From Balanoglossus misakiensis (lineage: Eukaryota; Animalia; Hemichordata), in NCBI GenBank assembly GCA_040954595.2, contig CM082583.2:4207374-4271373 (forward strand): a stretch of 64,000 bases of DNA, written 5' to 3'. The notes beneath the pieces are model-generated. The model saw nothing but the letters and a program-made list of their open reading frames with translations. It did no database searches and was not told where the DNA came from. The translations under genes and the position numbers were made by a program. Numbering within the stretch: position 1 is the first letter of the stretch; each line of letters starts with the position of its first letter. Shown here one piece after another: positions 1 to 12,086 of the stretch.

Positions 1-462
1 AGCTGACCAGTGATATCGGCAGTTTGGACATTGCTGGCGCATGTAAAAAGTGAGTGCCTATTTGTTCATTCATTTGTTCACCAAAGTACTTTCCTGCTTG
101 TGATTGTGATTAGTTTTTCTAGTTACCCTCTGTCAGACAAGAAGTTCACCTCATTATTTTCTGGTTTTAATCTAAGGCGATTTTTAGGTACATCTGATTC
201 TTGGCAATAACGAATTTTACTTGCTGCATTCATGTCTTGGTGAATCATTATTCTCGCCATCGCTATACGCGCTAGACCTTCAAGAACCACAAGCTATCCA
301 CCATAACGCAACGTTTTCTAGTGTTTCTAAGTTAGCGTTAATGTTGGCTAAAGATCTATCATGTTACCGTTGTGTCGATTTTCCTGACAATTTCATTTCA
401 ACAGCTTCTAGGGAAAGGCAGTTTCTTTCATAAATACATTTACGTTCCTTTTCCACTGACAG

Positions 463-1699
463 AAGCGTGCTCATTCTTAACGATGAATGGGGAACGAAGA
501 AGGGGGGAATATCTGCAGTCAATAGGCACATTGCTGAGTTAGCAGTCGAAGCAGGTCATCAAGTACATGTAACAGCCCTTGAAGCTCGCCAGGAAGATAA
601 AGATGATGCACAGTCGAAGGGTATTGAGATCATGCAAGCACTATCCACAAAGATGGAAACACAGCCAGCTCTGAATTGGTTAAATTCTTACCACGCGGTC
701 CACTTCCCTGATCTCGAGTCCATTCCTAATGTAGGGCCCATCATCGGTCACTTACCAGTTACATCTACGGCTGCACTTGATATACGCGAGAAGAGGTTTC
801 CATCAAGTAAGGTTGTGCTTTTCAACCACGTTATCCCCGAAGATGCAGACGTACACAAGGAAGAGTGGAGTCCGAGTACGATTCAGAAGAAAACCAAGGA
901 ACTGATTGGCCAAGCTCGAGATGCTGACTTTGTCTTCTCTATTGGTCCACGGATGTACAGTGACTTCGAAAACAAATACCGGAAGTTCACCAATATCAAA
1001 CATGAAATGTTCCTACCACTTCCAGACAAAAAGTTCTTTGAAGTCGTAATTAAGAAACCAAAGTCCGATTGCAAGACACAGATCCTGACCTACGGAAGAG
1101 TAGATGGTGTGGTAGCTTTGAAGGGTTATGATTTAGTGGCTGCTGCGTTAGGAAACGTGGTTGATAATTTCCTGTCGCTGGGTAAACCAAACCACGAAAT
1201 ACCTGCGTGGAAAATTCGGGGTATTAAACCGGAGTCTGACGACGCCAAAGAGCGAGAAGCTGCCGCAACCATCTATAAGCTTGCTTCCAATTGCCATTTA
1301 AAAATGATCCCATCCCCGTATGCAACCCAAGAGAATATTATTGAAGATCTACAAGAGAGCCACCTTTTCCTAATGCCCTCCCGAAGTGAACCTTTTGGTA
1401 TGAGTGGCTTGGAGGCGATCGCTGCTGGTATGCCGGTACTCATAACAAGCAATTCTGGATTAGCGGATTTCCTAAAGAAACACTTTCCTCTGGACGTGTG
1501 TTCAGCGGTTATAGTTAATACTGCGGTGAATGACGCAGAAAAGGATCAGTCCATCAAAGCTTGGGAACTTCGCATCACAGATGTTCTTTACAAGTATGAC
1601 GAAGCCTTCGAGAGAGCACAGAAAATGAAGGGACTGCTCCAGGCATGCGAGGAAATACAGAAAACTCATGACGTTTTCAAGAAGGTGTTGTGTGAGTAA
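463..1699 (+). CDS. Terminal exon encoding a GT-B fold, family GT4 (Glycos_transf_1, MshA-like) glycosyltransferase domain
   Basis: 410-codon open frame with N-terminal LxxxEWGxxKGGIS motif and the GT4 E-x7-E motif (SRSEPFGMSGLEAIAAGMPVL). It has no ATG and follows a polypyrimidine acceptor (ttccttttccactgacAG, 461-462), so upstream exons probably lie outside the window. Stop TAA 1697-1699. Confidence 0.88.
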
Positions 1700-3681
1700 A
1701 ATGCTACATGTATGATACGGAACATGTAAGACTCACACGAACTTACATAGTGAGGTAACAGGGTTATTGAGCTGACCCCACAATAAATCAAATGCAGCTC
1801 ATATAGTATAAAGGGGTCAGGGAAGATTTCATAACAGTACTAAACATAAAAGTACAACACAACAATTTGACAAATGGATGTTGTGTGTAGACGTGATTGG
1901 AGTAAATCGATCGTTTATGCTATTTAATTATGCATACATAATCAGTTATTCATAAATGCACATAAAACAAATTCCGATTTACAAAAGTTTCCGGCAAACT
2001 TTCATGATTTGCATGTTGTCTAGCCCCACGGCTTTCTTGTTAGGATATACTTTTTAAGTTTGGCAATTAGTTATTGTCATATATTGAACTTCCACGTTTA
2101 TGGTTTGGAATGTCAACGACCTTTAATTGCCAGATTACATCGTAGTGATAATGTTAATTTTACAAGTATCCAGTTATACTATGCAAACAACGAACTAAAA
2201 AAACATCATGAAAATTACAAGTCTTAACCTCGCAGATGCATGATTTGCCCAACATTCATTAAAAGCTGAATCGTTTATTGTGTTGTTGTGTCTTAAATGT
2301 ATACGGTCACGTGACAGGTTAAGCTGTAGCCAGTGTCAGATTTTCATTTGTGTGGCCACATACAAAACATGCGCCACCAAATGGCCATATGAAGTCTTAT
2401 ACACGCCCCTGTGTGCATATATGTAAATTAGAAGTGAACGTATAAATGTATTTTAGTCATGGCCGCCGTTATGAAGAGCTATCCAATACTTTTTTTTTTA
2501 TTTCTAGCAGTTGTTATAATGCAATATTTTTTGTAGAGTAATCGGATTTTTTTGTGTTATCTTCCCATATCAACATATCGGCTTAGTGTCTTCCCTGAAA
2601 ATGAAACAGTAGTAAAACAAAGAAATACTCGATATAATCGTTATCGTGAATGTGGTATAAAGCTTAGAATTTAGCAGTCATTTTTTCAGTAGTGAAAGTT
2701 AATGAATGAATTACAGCAGAAACTAAGACATTTATAAGGTGTTCATAAAGATATTATCTTGTAGGGGAAGTAACATAACAAGTAAATAACAATGCATGTA
2801 TTATATTGAAATAATCACATTTATACTTTACAGATGTTTTCCGAACCCTCTTGTATTAATTCATAATTTTGTCTGTGGTGAGCTGTTTTCGTTTTTGGTT
2901 ATTTTTGTTTTTCTATACTCGTTATAATATGTGTGCAAGAGTGTCAATTGGACAGTGCAAACATAATATCTCAAGGTAAACTCAAATAAATTGCCGACAG
3001 TATAGTAAACAGTGTCGCAAAAATGTAATTCGCATGTCATCTTTCCACGATGCAAAAGCAGTAGGCTCTAAATCATTACTTCAATAAATTCAACAGACGC
3101 TACTGTAGTATGATTGTCTTTGAAAAAATAAGCAGGAACGAGTATGTAGCGATATAAAATAGAAGTATAAACTTAAGTATGAACTTTTCGTATTTAGTAT
3201 CTCTTTGACTTTGGAGTCATATAGCTATAATAATGACATATTTGTTGCTGAAAATATACAATTACAAGAATGGGGGTTAAATATCCATGGTGTATTGTGA
3301 TATTCTGTTATAAGAACAGTTTCTGTTTATATACGTAGCATTTTGTAGAATTATCGTGTTTGCGCAGAACTTAAGAGAAGATTGTAATACTTTTGGGGTT
3401 TTATTGGGTTTTCAGGAAAAAATTGTTTATATTTGTAGCATTTTATAGATTGTTTACGCGGAACATTTTTTCGTAAAGTGGCCTATATATACATATTGTA
3501 GGATGAACACTTGTGTTTTCGTCTTCTACTTAATCAATATTACATGACTGTGCAAGTTTTGTATTCAACAAGGGTTTTTGTGTCTTCATATTCTATCCTT
3601 GATTTATGAATACATTGAATCTAAACAAAAGCATTGTTGTTCTTAAATCAAGGTTGTGAATTGTTTTTGTGTAAGTCCTGG

Positions 3682-4339
3682 GTTTTGTTAATAATTTCAA
3701 TATTTTTACAATAATGTACACCCCAATATCTCATAATGGACAAAAATACACGTTGTATGACAAGTCGAACATTTTATGGAGTACAACAATATATGCTTCA
3801 GTGAATTGTGGTGATTTCCTAAAGAAACACTTTCCTCTGGACGTGTGTTCAGCGGTTATAGTTAATACTGCGGTGAATGACGCAGAAAAGGATAAGTCCA
3901 TCAAAGCTTGGGAACTTCGCATCACAGATGTTCTTTACAAGTATGATGAAGCCTTCGAGAGAGCACAGAAAATGAAGGGACTGCTCCAGGCATGCGAGGA
4001 AATACAGAAAACTCATGACGTTTTCAAGAAGGTGTTGTGTGAGTAAAATGCTACATGTATGATACGGAACATGTAAGACTCACACGAACTTACATAGTGA
4101 GGTAACAGGGTTATTGACCTAACCCAACAAGAAATCAAATGCAGCTCATATAGTATAAAGGGGTCAGGGAAGATTTCATAACAGTACTAAACATAAAAGT
4201 TTTGTTTATGTTTTGTTAATAATTTCAATATTTTTACAATAATGTACACCCCAATATCTCATAATGGACAAAAATACACGTTGTATGACAAGTCGAACAT
4301 TTTATGGAGTACAACAATATATGCTTCAGTGAATTGTGG
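3682..4339 (+). repeat. 130-bp direct repeat (3682-3811 and 4210-4339) flanking the duplicated GT fragment
   Basis: gttttgttaataatttcaat...gcttcagtgaattgtgg occurs at both positions. Confidence 0.9.
3813..4200 (+). pseudogene. 388-bp duplicate of the GT4 gene 3' end (last ~77 codons plus proximal 3' UTR)
   Basis: Near-identical to 1466-1853 with a few substitutions (e.g. gatcag>gataag, gac>gat). No start codon or acceptor of its own. Flanked by a 130-bp direct repeat. Confidence 0.85.
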
Positions 4340-4835
4340 ATCATTTTGCGTGCATTATTGTTATTCTTGCATAGTTTTGTCAATATCTATGCATTTGCTG
4401 ACGTATAGTTGATTGGAATAACTTTTTTTTTACATTAGCTCCATTCAATTTAACATGACTGCCCTGCACATACAATATATGACCTGGGTCAAACTCAGTA
4501 TCATCGAAAATTTGCATGGTTACATTGTGTCTGAGTTTGCATTTCTTTTGCCCCTTAATTTTCCTATTTGCTTGAAAACCTCAATTATTCATTTAAAATA
4601 CGGTAGACATTATGCTATACTTCTTGGGCGTGTCCACGTAATAGTGCGGTACATTATCTGTAATAACCTCTTGTGATGACGTCACAAAATTCGCTGATAT
4701 TGTATTGACAAATCTATAACATAAGGAATGTAACGTCAGAGTGAAATAGTTATTTTGGGGTAAGAATCAAGGGTGATAAGTAAAAGCGATTTCATTGCCT
4801 AGATCCATTTACTCTTCGAGTTTATGGTAAATACT

Positions 4836-5128
4836 TACCAAATAAAAAATATGAGCTGTTCCGATTACACGGTTTTCAAAAATAGGGTATAGGTAGGAAG
4901 GTATGGTAATTTCTTTTATTTTGAATTTTTTTTTGTATATCTTTGGCCACCGTAGTGTAGAAGAATGACGTCATATTTCTTGCGTGATTCTCGCAATTTT
5001 CATAAATGTTGTATATTTGACATCGTTATTTTTACTTCCGGATTACGAAGCTCTAAAACTTTAGGGTCGGTGGGCTAAAATTAGGGTAGGTAGGGTAATC
5101 GCAATAGCACATATTTTTTATTTGACTT
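4836..5128. mobile_element. MITE, family A (second copy 13800-14085)
   Basis: Terminal inverted repeats ccaaataaaaaatatg / catattttttatttg; internal sequence aligns with 13800-14085. Confidence 0.75.
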
Positions 5129-5382
5129 TATGGTATGTTGAGTATTAGTTTGGAAATTTTATCAGAAATTATATTATAAAATAACAAGTGGACAAAACCC
5201 TAATTCACTAAAGATTTTCATTTTTGATGTACTTTTCGTGATTTCCATAATAAATATGTAGTAACTTGAAAAACATCTTCCCATTGTTTATTTCTAATGC
5301 TTTCTTCCCGTCGACAGTAAATGCATAGGTTGGTATTGGTATAATTGGTTTATCAGGCACATAAAACATTTATGATACACTT

Positions 5383-5745
5383 AATTCTGACTGCCTTAAG
5401 TAGGTTTTCACTTTGTGCTAGGGGGTCAAATCACATTATAATAATTGCATTCTGGGTAAAAAATCGACAACTCACTGTAGTAAGAGATAGAAGAAATTAT
5501 ATGTTTACTGTATTTCATGACTACCTTTGGTCAAACATTTCTGCCCTTGTTGTTGATATATTAAAGTCAATCAACTTTTTTCATTTTTTTCTGTTACAAA
5601 GTATCAGAATGACCGAATATCACTTTAGCTTATGAACTCCCATTTCTTAACATGGTAAAAATCGACCATCTTAAAATTGTGCGACCTTGCGAGATTTTCA
5701 TAACTCACTTAGGTAGCTTAAAACCTATTTAAGATAGGGAGAATT
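5383..5745. mobile_element. MITE, family B (related copies at 37864-38209)
   Basis: Imperfect TIRs aattctgactgccttaagtaggtttt / aaaacctatttaagatagggagaatt; internal part matches 37864-38141. Confidence 0.7.
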
Positions 5746-7511
5746 AAGGGGGCGTCTAAACTGCACTTATGCGACGTTTCTGTTTATAAACTCGCCGTCG
5801 GAATTGTTCCCACTGTACTTGGAGATCCTTCCTGTCAATGCATGTTATATATCAATTTGAAAGTAGTTTTTTGTGGCATGAGGTACACTCTTACAGTTGC
5901 ACCTACTTTGACTTGGTAGCAACTGTGTCGTATGAGACCTAAGCAGAAAGGACGTCCCCAACCAATTAAAGGAGAATTGTATTTTCTTTGTTTTAGAGGG
6001 AAGGCCCATATGTACCTCGACTTGTCAACAGAATAAACGCTTCCGATTTTCTAGCAAAGTTATTAACAGTTTCGTCGGTTTAAATACATAAACGGACACA
6101 GTTTATTTTTTTTCTACAGTACCATTGCACATTTATAGCGACAATCATAAGGTATTATACCTTTGTTCAGGTGTGTGTGTGTTTTAACACCCAGGTGCTG
6201 TTGGGTGTCCTTTCGAAGAACCGGCATACGACGAATCCTTGCGCAGTTTATTTGTCCACAAAGACGGTATTGTGGACGGCATTTTACTGCTGGAATATCG
6301 CAAACAAGGACCAGGACAGAAACAACTGGTGAATCTGTACGACCCTCGATTTGGAAACCGGAAATGGGTGAAGAAAATGAGCAAAAAATAATTGCAAAGA
6401 TCATCGCCCCTTTAGGAAGGAATCTTAGCATCGATAAATGCGTATACACGCGGAGGAAAACCGCCATATGTATTTTATTCAACACTAACGAATCGTTTTG
6501 TCCCCCAGTAAATTACTCTCACAGACACGCCAAGCAAACTGTCAGTGGAATTACAGTTCATTTAATATCATGGAATGCACATGTTTCAGTCCTGTATATG
6601 CCGCATTTTACTGAAAGAACTGTGTACATAAGTGGTCTTATAGAAGTGTATGCATAGTCAAATGTCTAATACAGCAAACTGTCTAGTCTATGCTAATACA
6701 GACCGGCATCACAGACTTCTGACAGAGCCTAGCTGAGTATTGGCAGTGACATCGCTGTTTATGTTGCTTAATCATTGTACGGATTTCAGCCACCTTCACT
6801 GCAAAGAGAATTTTCCACAACACCTGAATTTTGTAAAAAAAATTATAGAAGTTCATAATACCATAACGGATACCGATTTTCTTATGCAAATCACCCAATA
6901 CTGGGTCACAAATTAGTCGGTAGGACACCGAGAGGGGTATGCGGGGCAACCTGAAGAAAATTTTTAACCGTGCTGAAGGAAGATCTCATGTTTATGGTAT
7001 CGAGGGTGGTCTATCTAAATTTATCCAAATTCAGTTTACCCTCCTACCCGTTTCATGTAAACGCAGCCTAGGGCAATGGTCGCAGTCCAGTACATGGTTC
7101 ATCGAGAGCGACCTAGTGTCATCTACCTAGACATATCTAGAGCGGGATGACCTATCGTACACGACAGTCATCGCGCCAAAGTTTACAATACATGGTTGAA
7201 TTGAAGGGGTTGAATCTTCGATCAACGGTAATTAGAAGCAATAAATTGCAACGCCTGTCAAATGTTCTAAACATTGAAATGTAAACAAGCGTGCCAATAC
7301 AAACATTTACAATGTATAGGTTGCAGTTTTTGTGGCAGCTTGGTATATCTATTTCATCCGCTCAATTATAGTGCTTACTCAATAAACGAGTTGGTTTAAA
7401 GAAGTATTCTAATCCCTCGTTGTGTTTGGTGTGTTTGGTGTTGAGAATACTAAGATTATACTGTTATGTTGGATGAATATTGTTGAAAGCATTTTATGTT
7501 TGTATGCGTGT

Positions 7512-7786
<275 letters not shown>

Positions 7787-8612
7787 CTGCTTGTCTCTAA
7801 GCTTAGCGCTGAATTCGACGTGTCAAAAACAGTCAAAGTTCAATAACGAAGGCATACTTTATCGGTTGTCAAAATAAATCAAGCCCCTGTGTACAGACAG
7901 TTAAAATACAAAACCACATTATCTGGCATAGTTTATATTAACTGTCATTGATATCTAGCGTTGAACTGTATCTAGAACATCAACGTGACAATGTGGCACA
8001 AATAACTCGTTCACTTGATAAACATTTTAGTTTTCAAAAAAGTACTAGGCCTAACACGATAAGAAATTGAGCTGGTTTGCCACTCTCACATGACGAGAAA
8101 GCTGAGAAATATTTAATGTACATTATTATACTGTTCGTGTTCGTCATTTTTGTGTTAGATTATTCAACAAAAATATGTCAAAAGACAGCCTGCCACTAAA
8201 TACTGTTCAAGTCGCTGGACTGTTGTATTACGAAGCCCTTCTTGTGATATGTATGAATCGAGATAACTATATAGTTTAATTGGCTATAATGAGGTATCAA
8301 GTCGAGATAACAAGATGCACAATAAAGGATGAAAAATTGATATAACACGATAATATCTCAAAACAACCAAATGGCATCTTCAAAGACCCAGCTACTCATT
8401 ACCAGGAAACGAGATAGTAAGTCGAGTTGTGTTTTTAAAATTGTTTTCAAAGGAAGTCGAACTGAGTATTTTAAATTGTTTTCAAAGGTTTCTAACGGGT
8501 CGCTCAATAAATGTTTTGTGTACAACAGAAAAATTGTGGACCGACTTAATAATTCGAAACGTATGGCTAACATTGTCGAGGGCGTTCGAGGGAACAAACC
8601 GTTCTCGGGTAA

Positions 8613-9226
8613 TTCTTCCACACACAGTCCTCAAATAATGCCACATCAGCAAAGATAACGTCATTACTGAGAAGAGGTTACCGCCAACCCTAATAAACTT
8701 GTTATGTCTGAATTTGGGCGTAAACATAAAATAAAATGGCAATGGCCGTGAGTCGACCGCAAAAAGGGTCACGGAACTGACTGTCATCTCGGATGAATGT
8801 GTATCAGGTCGGCTGGAGTATCACAGACTGGAATAACCTCTCCTCTTGGGACCGGAGGCGGCCATTGACACTGGCGTGACACCGATGATAAATCTCTTAC
8901 AGTTCAGTCACATGAGAATTCGTTAGCAAGTTACCATAACCTGCTTTCATGCGACGGTAACCTCTTTTTCAGTGTGGTTTTATCTGTTATGGCTTGACAT
9001 AGTTCGAGATACCTCTAAAACCGTTTTAATGTGTTTCTTCCACACACAGTCCTCGAATCATGCCAGACTCTAATAAAATTTTCATGTCTGAATTAAACTT
9101 AAACACACAATAAAACGGTGATGACCGAGGGCCGACCGCAAAGAAGGTCACAGAACAGACGGAGATGAAGTCGTGAATGTGTTGCAAGTCGGCGAAAGCA
9201 TCAGACACCGAAATAACCCCTCCCCT
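8613..9226 (+). repeat. Diverged ~200-bp direct repeat (8613-8846 vs 9035-9226) upstream of the MACPF gene
   Basis: Shared blocks ttcttccacacacagtcctc, atgtctgaatt, gaccgcaaa.aaggtcac.gaac, aataacc.ctcc.ct. Confidence 0.7.
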
Positions 9227-9534
9227 CGGTAAAGCGTTCATCCAAGCCACCGTTGAGTGGCACAACTGAAATTTTGACCGACTCGATTGGAAAGTGCATC
9301 GTTTAAAACTTCACGTACTGTTTATCAAAGCAATGAAAATTGATACCGTGTACTCTTGATTTTGCCACCCCAACACCCCACGTGACGAAAGTACACCAAG
9401 ATGTCAATGTCAACACTCTCTGTGAATCAATCAATCAATCTGTCCGGTCGTCTTCAAAGCTGAAGCTCATAAATTGAGAAACATCGTCAGATCTAATGTG
9501 ATGACTTTAGAGACGTGGTAAATGTTTTTGCTGT

Positions 9535-9536
<2 letters not shown>

Positions 9537-9622
<86 letters not shown>
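9537..9622. repeat. (GAT)n microsatellite
   Basis: Directly visible. Confidence 0.98.
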
Positions 9623-9967
9623 CCAATCAAATCATATGAAAATTCAGTGGTCAGACATGCTAATATGACCATGAGGATATATAAAAATGTATGCAATTCT
9701 CCTCTAGATGAAGTGATCAAATAATTATGCTTGTTACTTAAAATTCTAATTAGCTTTTAAGTAACACACTGTGATTTACATGCCGAAGTAAACTCATGAT
9801 CTGTCACATGTATTCAACCTCCCCCCCCCCCTTAACATTTTTATGGCGAAGTCATATGTCGCGCCGATAAAGTATACATAAAGCTCGTCTGATATTTGTT
9901 GATAAATACTGTCAATTCGAGATTTATTTATCATTTATTATTTACCCAACCCTCACGTTTTCCCTCC

Positions 9968-9974
9968 TATATAA
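9968..9974 (+). promoter_or_regulatory. Candidate TATA box of the MACPF mosaic gene
   Basis: TATATAA about 45 bp upstream of the signal-peptide ATG at 10015. Confidence 0.4.
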
Positions 9975-10014
9975 GTAAACCGGGTCCCAGCGAACTGCAT
10001 CAATTGATAAGAGG

Positions 10015-10273
10015 ATGGAGGGGCGCGGGGTTCTCCTCTTGCTGGGCGCGTTGCTCATCCAGTCTGCCGTGCTGGTGAAGTCTGAGTACGGGAAGACGAG
10101 TGGGCCCGTCACCTGTCTCTGTGCGGACGGCGTCTCCCGCATCCTGGACAGCAATCCGCTGGTGCGAAAGTACGGGTGCTCCTTGTTTGACCACTGCCAG
10201 CGGTGCACAAGTAACCCTTACCAGCCGTGTGAAGAGTGTCCGCCCAACAGGTACGGCCGGATGTGCGAAAACG
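10015..10273 (+). CDS. MACPF gene exon 1: signal peptide plus Cys-rich/EGF-laminin-like segment
   Basis: MEGRGVLLLLGALLIQSAVLVKS hydrophobic leader; CEECPPNRYGRMCE; donor G|gtaagc. Confidence 0.85.
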
Positions 10274-12028
10274 GTAAGCAACGATTCTTAGGCTGCATTG
10301 TTGATGATGGGTTAACGCATCGTATTCTTATTCACTCGCCTGGGCGACACGATATTTCACTTAGTCGATTGTCAAATCGTCTTGGTATAATTCAGATAAA
10401 TTATGCACTTAACTGGCTGTATTCCCATCTTTCAAATTAAGTGTCGTTAGCTTTGTATTATTGAATCCATGCCATCTTCTAACTTCTGTCTATACGGTCG
10501 TGATACATAATTTCCACAAGAGCCAGTTCTTGGTACTATAAGCCTTAAAGCGATTTGAATTACTTCGCGAAAATAAGATCTTAAAATACCTGATCTTTTT
10601 GCATTTCACTGTTCTATTCGATTTTTTGTTAAAAAGGGTAAAAAAACTACAATTGTGATATTTACTAGAAAACAAGCAATTCGCAAAACTGTAGATGCAG
10701 CTTTGTAGAATTTAGTAACTGTTGATTTATACAATATTTCTGGATATCTCATAATCACAAAATAGTTGCAACCGTGTTACTTTTATATATGAATGCGTCT
10801 CTTTTAGCGAATACTTGAATTTTCAAGCCATGGTTTCCTCAGTGTTCACTTTTTGTGCCGATGATCATTCATTATACGAGTCTATTAAGATACAGCCTAT
10901 GTGGTAGCTATAATTATCATGCACTATGACAATATACTGGTATGTTGGATCTTGGACGGCGGCCAACTTGCTCGATTTAAACCATGAATTTGTAGCTCTC
11001 CAATATGAAGTAAGCTGTCTAGCTAAGGGGTGGGGGGATCGGGGCCGGTGATACCTTGCTTCCCCGCGAGTACAAGGCCAGGCAGAGAGTCTTGAAGGCA
11101 CCCAGGACCGTGGTGTCACCACTGATCCCCATGTCGACTACATCAATTACGACGAACCCCGCAAATTCGGAAATATTTGCCCATGCAGATCTCTCTTCTT
11201 TGAAATCTCAAGATATTCAATCAGTCGTCTTCAACACACCAATAGTACAGACGTTAGATTTGCAACTCTTTTCAAAGTCACCGAGCGTATCACATCCCAG
11301 TTTTGAATCTTTGGTCCAAGCTACTTTTTTACAAGATGAATTATTTTCTTTCAACTCGTAATGGTCCGCCATGTCTACCAGTTAAAACTATATCATAACC
11401 GCGTACAAAGAAGTATCAATAATGTCGCTCCATTCTACAGAATAATATCCCGTTTGCAGTTCGTCCCTCCCCTAGACTAACAAATCTTTTTAAATATATT
11501 TGTCAGTCTGCTTATAAAATCCTCTTTCCGGTAACATGTGCGTTTATCATACAAAGCGCTGGGGTGCCGTCCAGTCCATGAGTTTTATTGCCGATGACTT
11601 TTTCACGCCACCAGTGAATCTGTGCAATGAAGTTTCGTGGATATAATCACATGAAGTCAATCAACTTACTTACTTCGCCATCCATAGCCTTGCAAATGAT
11701 AAGTTTAATCTTTCAGTGAATCTGCACATAGCAAATCGTGGCCCAGCGTTAACCCGACAGTTGGTTGTTCTTTTGTTCGCAGAATGTGACTGTGGTTTGG
11801 AAATGTGTGACGATGGGATCAACGGCGATGGAGAGTGCCATTGTGGTAACGAAGAATTCAATGAAGGAAATCGTTGTCAGTACATGAGTAAGTGCCCGAA
11901 ATCTTCCCTCGCACACATCACATACATACGTCCGTCTCTCCTTCCATCCATGAATGTATACATACATACATACATACATACATACATACATACATACATA
12001 CATACATACATACATACATACATACATA

Positions 12029-12086
<58 letters not shown>

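Noticed and set aside
3714-4046. 110-aa ORF as a second glycosyltransferase gene
   Set aside because: Chimera of intergenic sequence and the duplicated GT tail; it lacks the catalytic motifs.
5760-7300. ORFs 6114-6657 and 6683-7130 as a transposase remnant
   Set aside because: No transposase or reverse-transcriptase motif recognisable.
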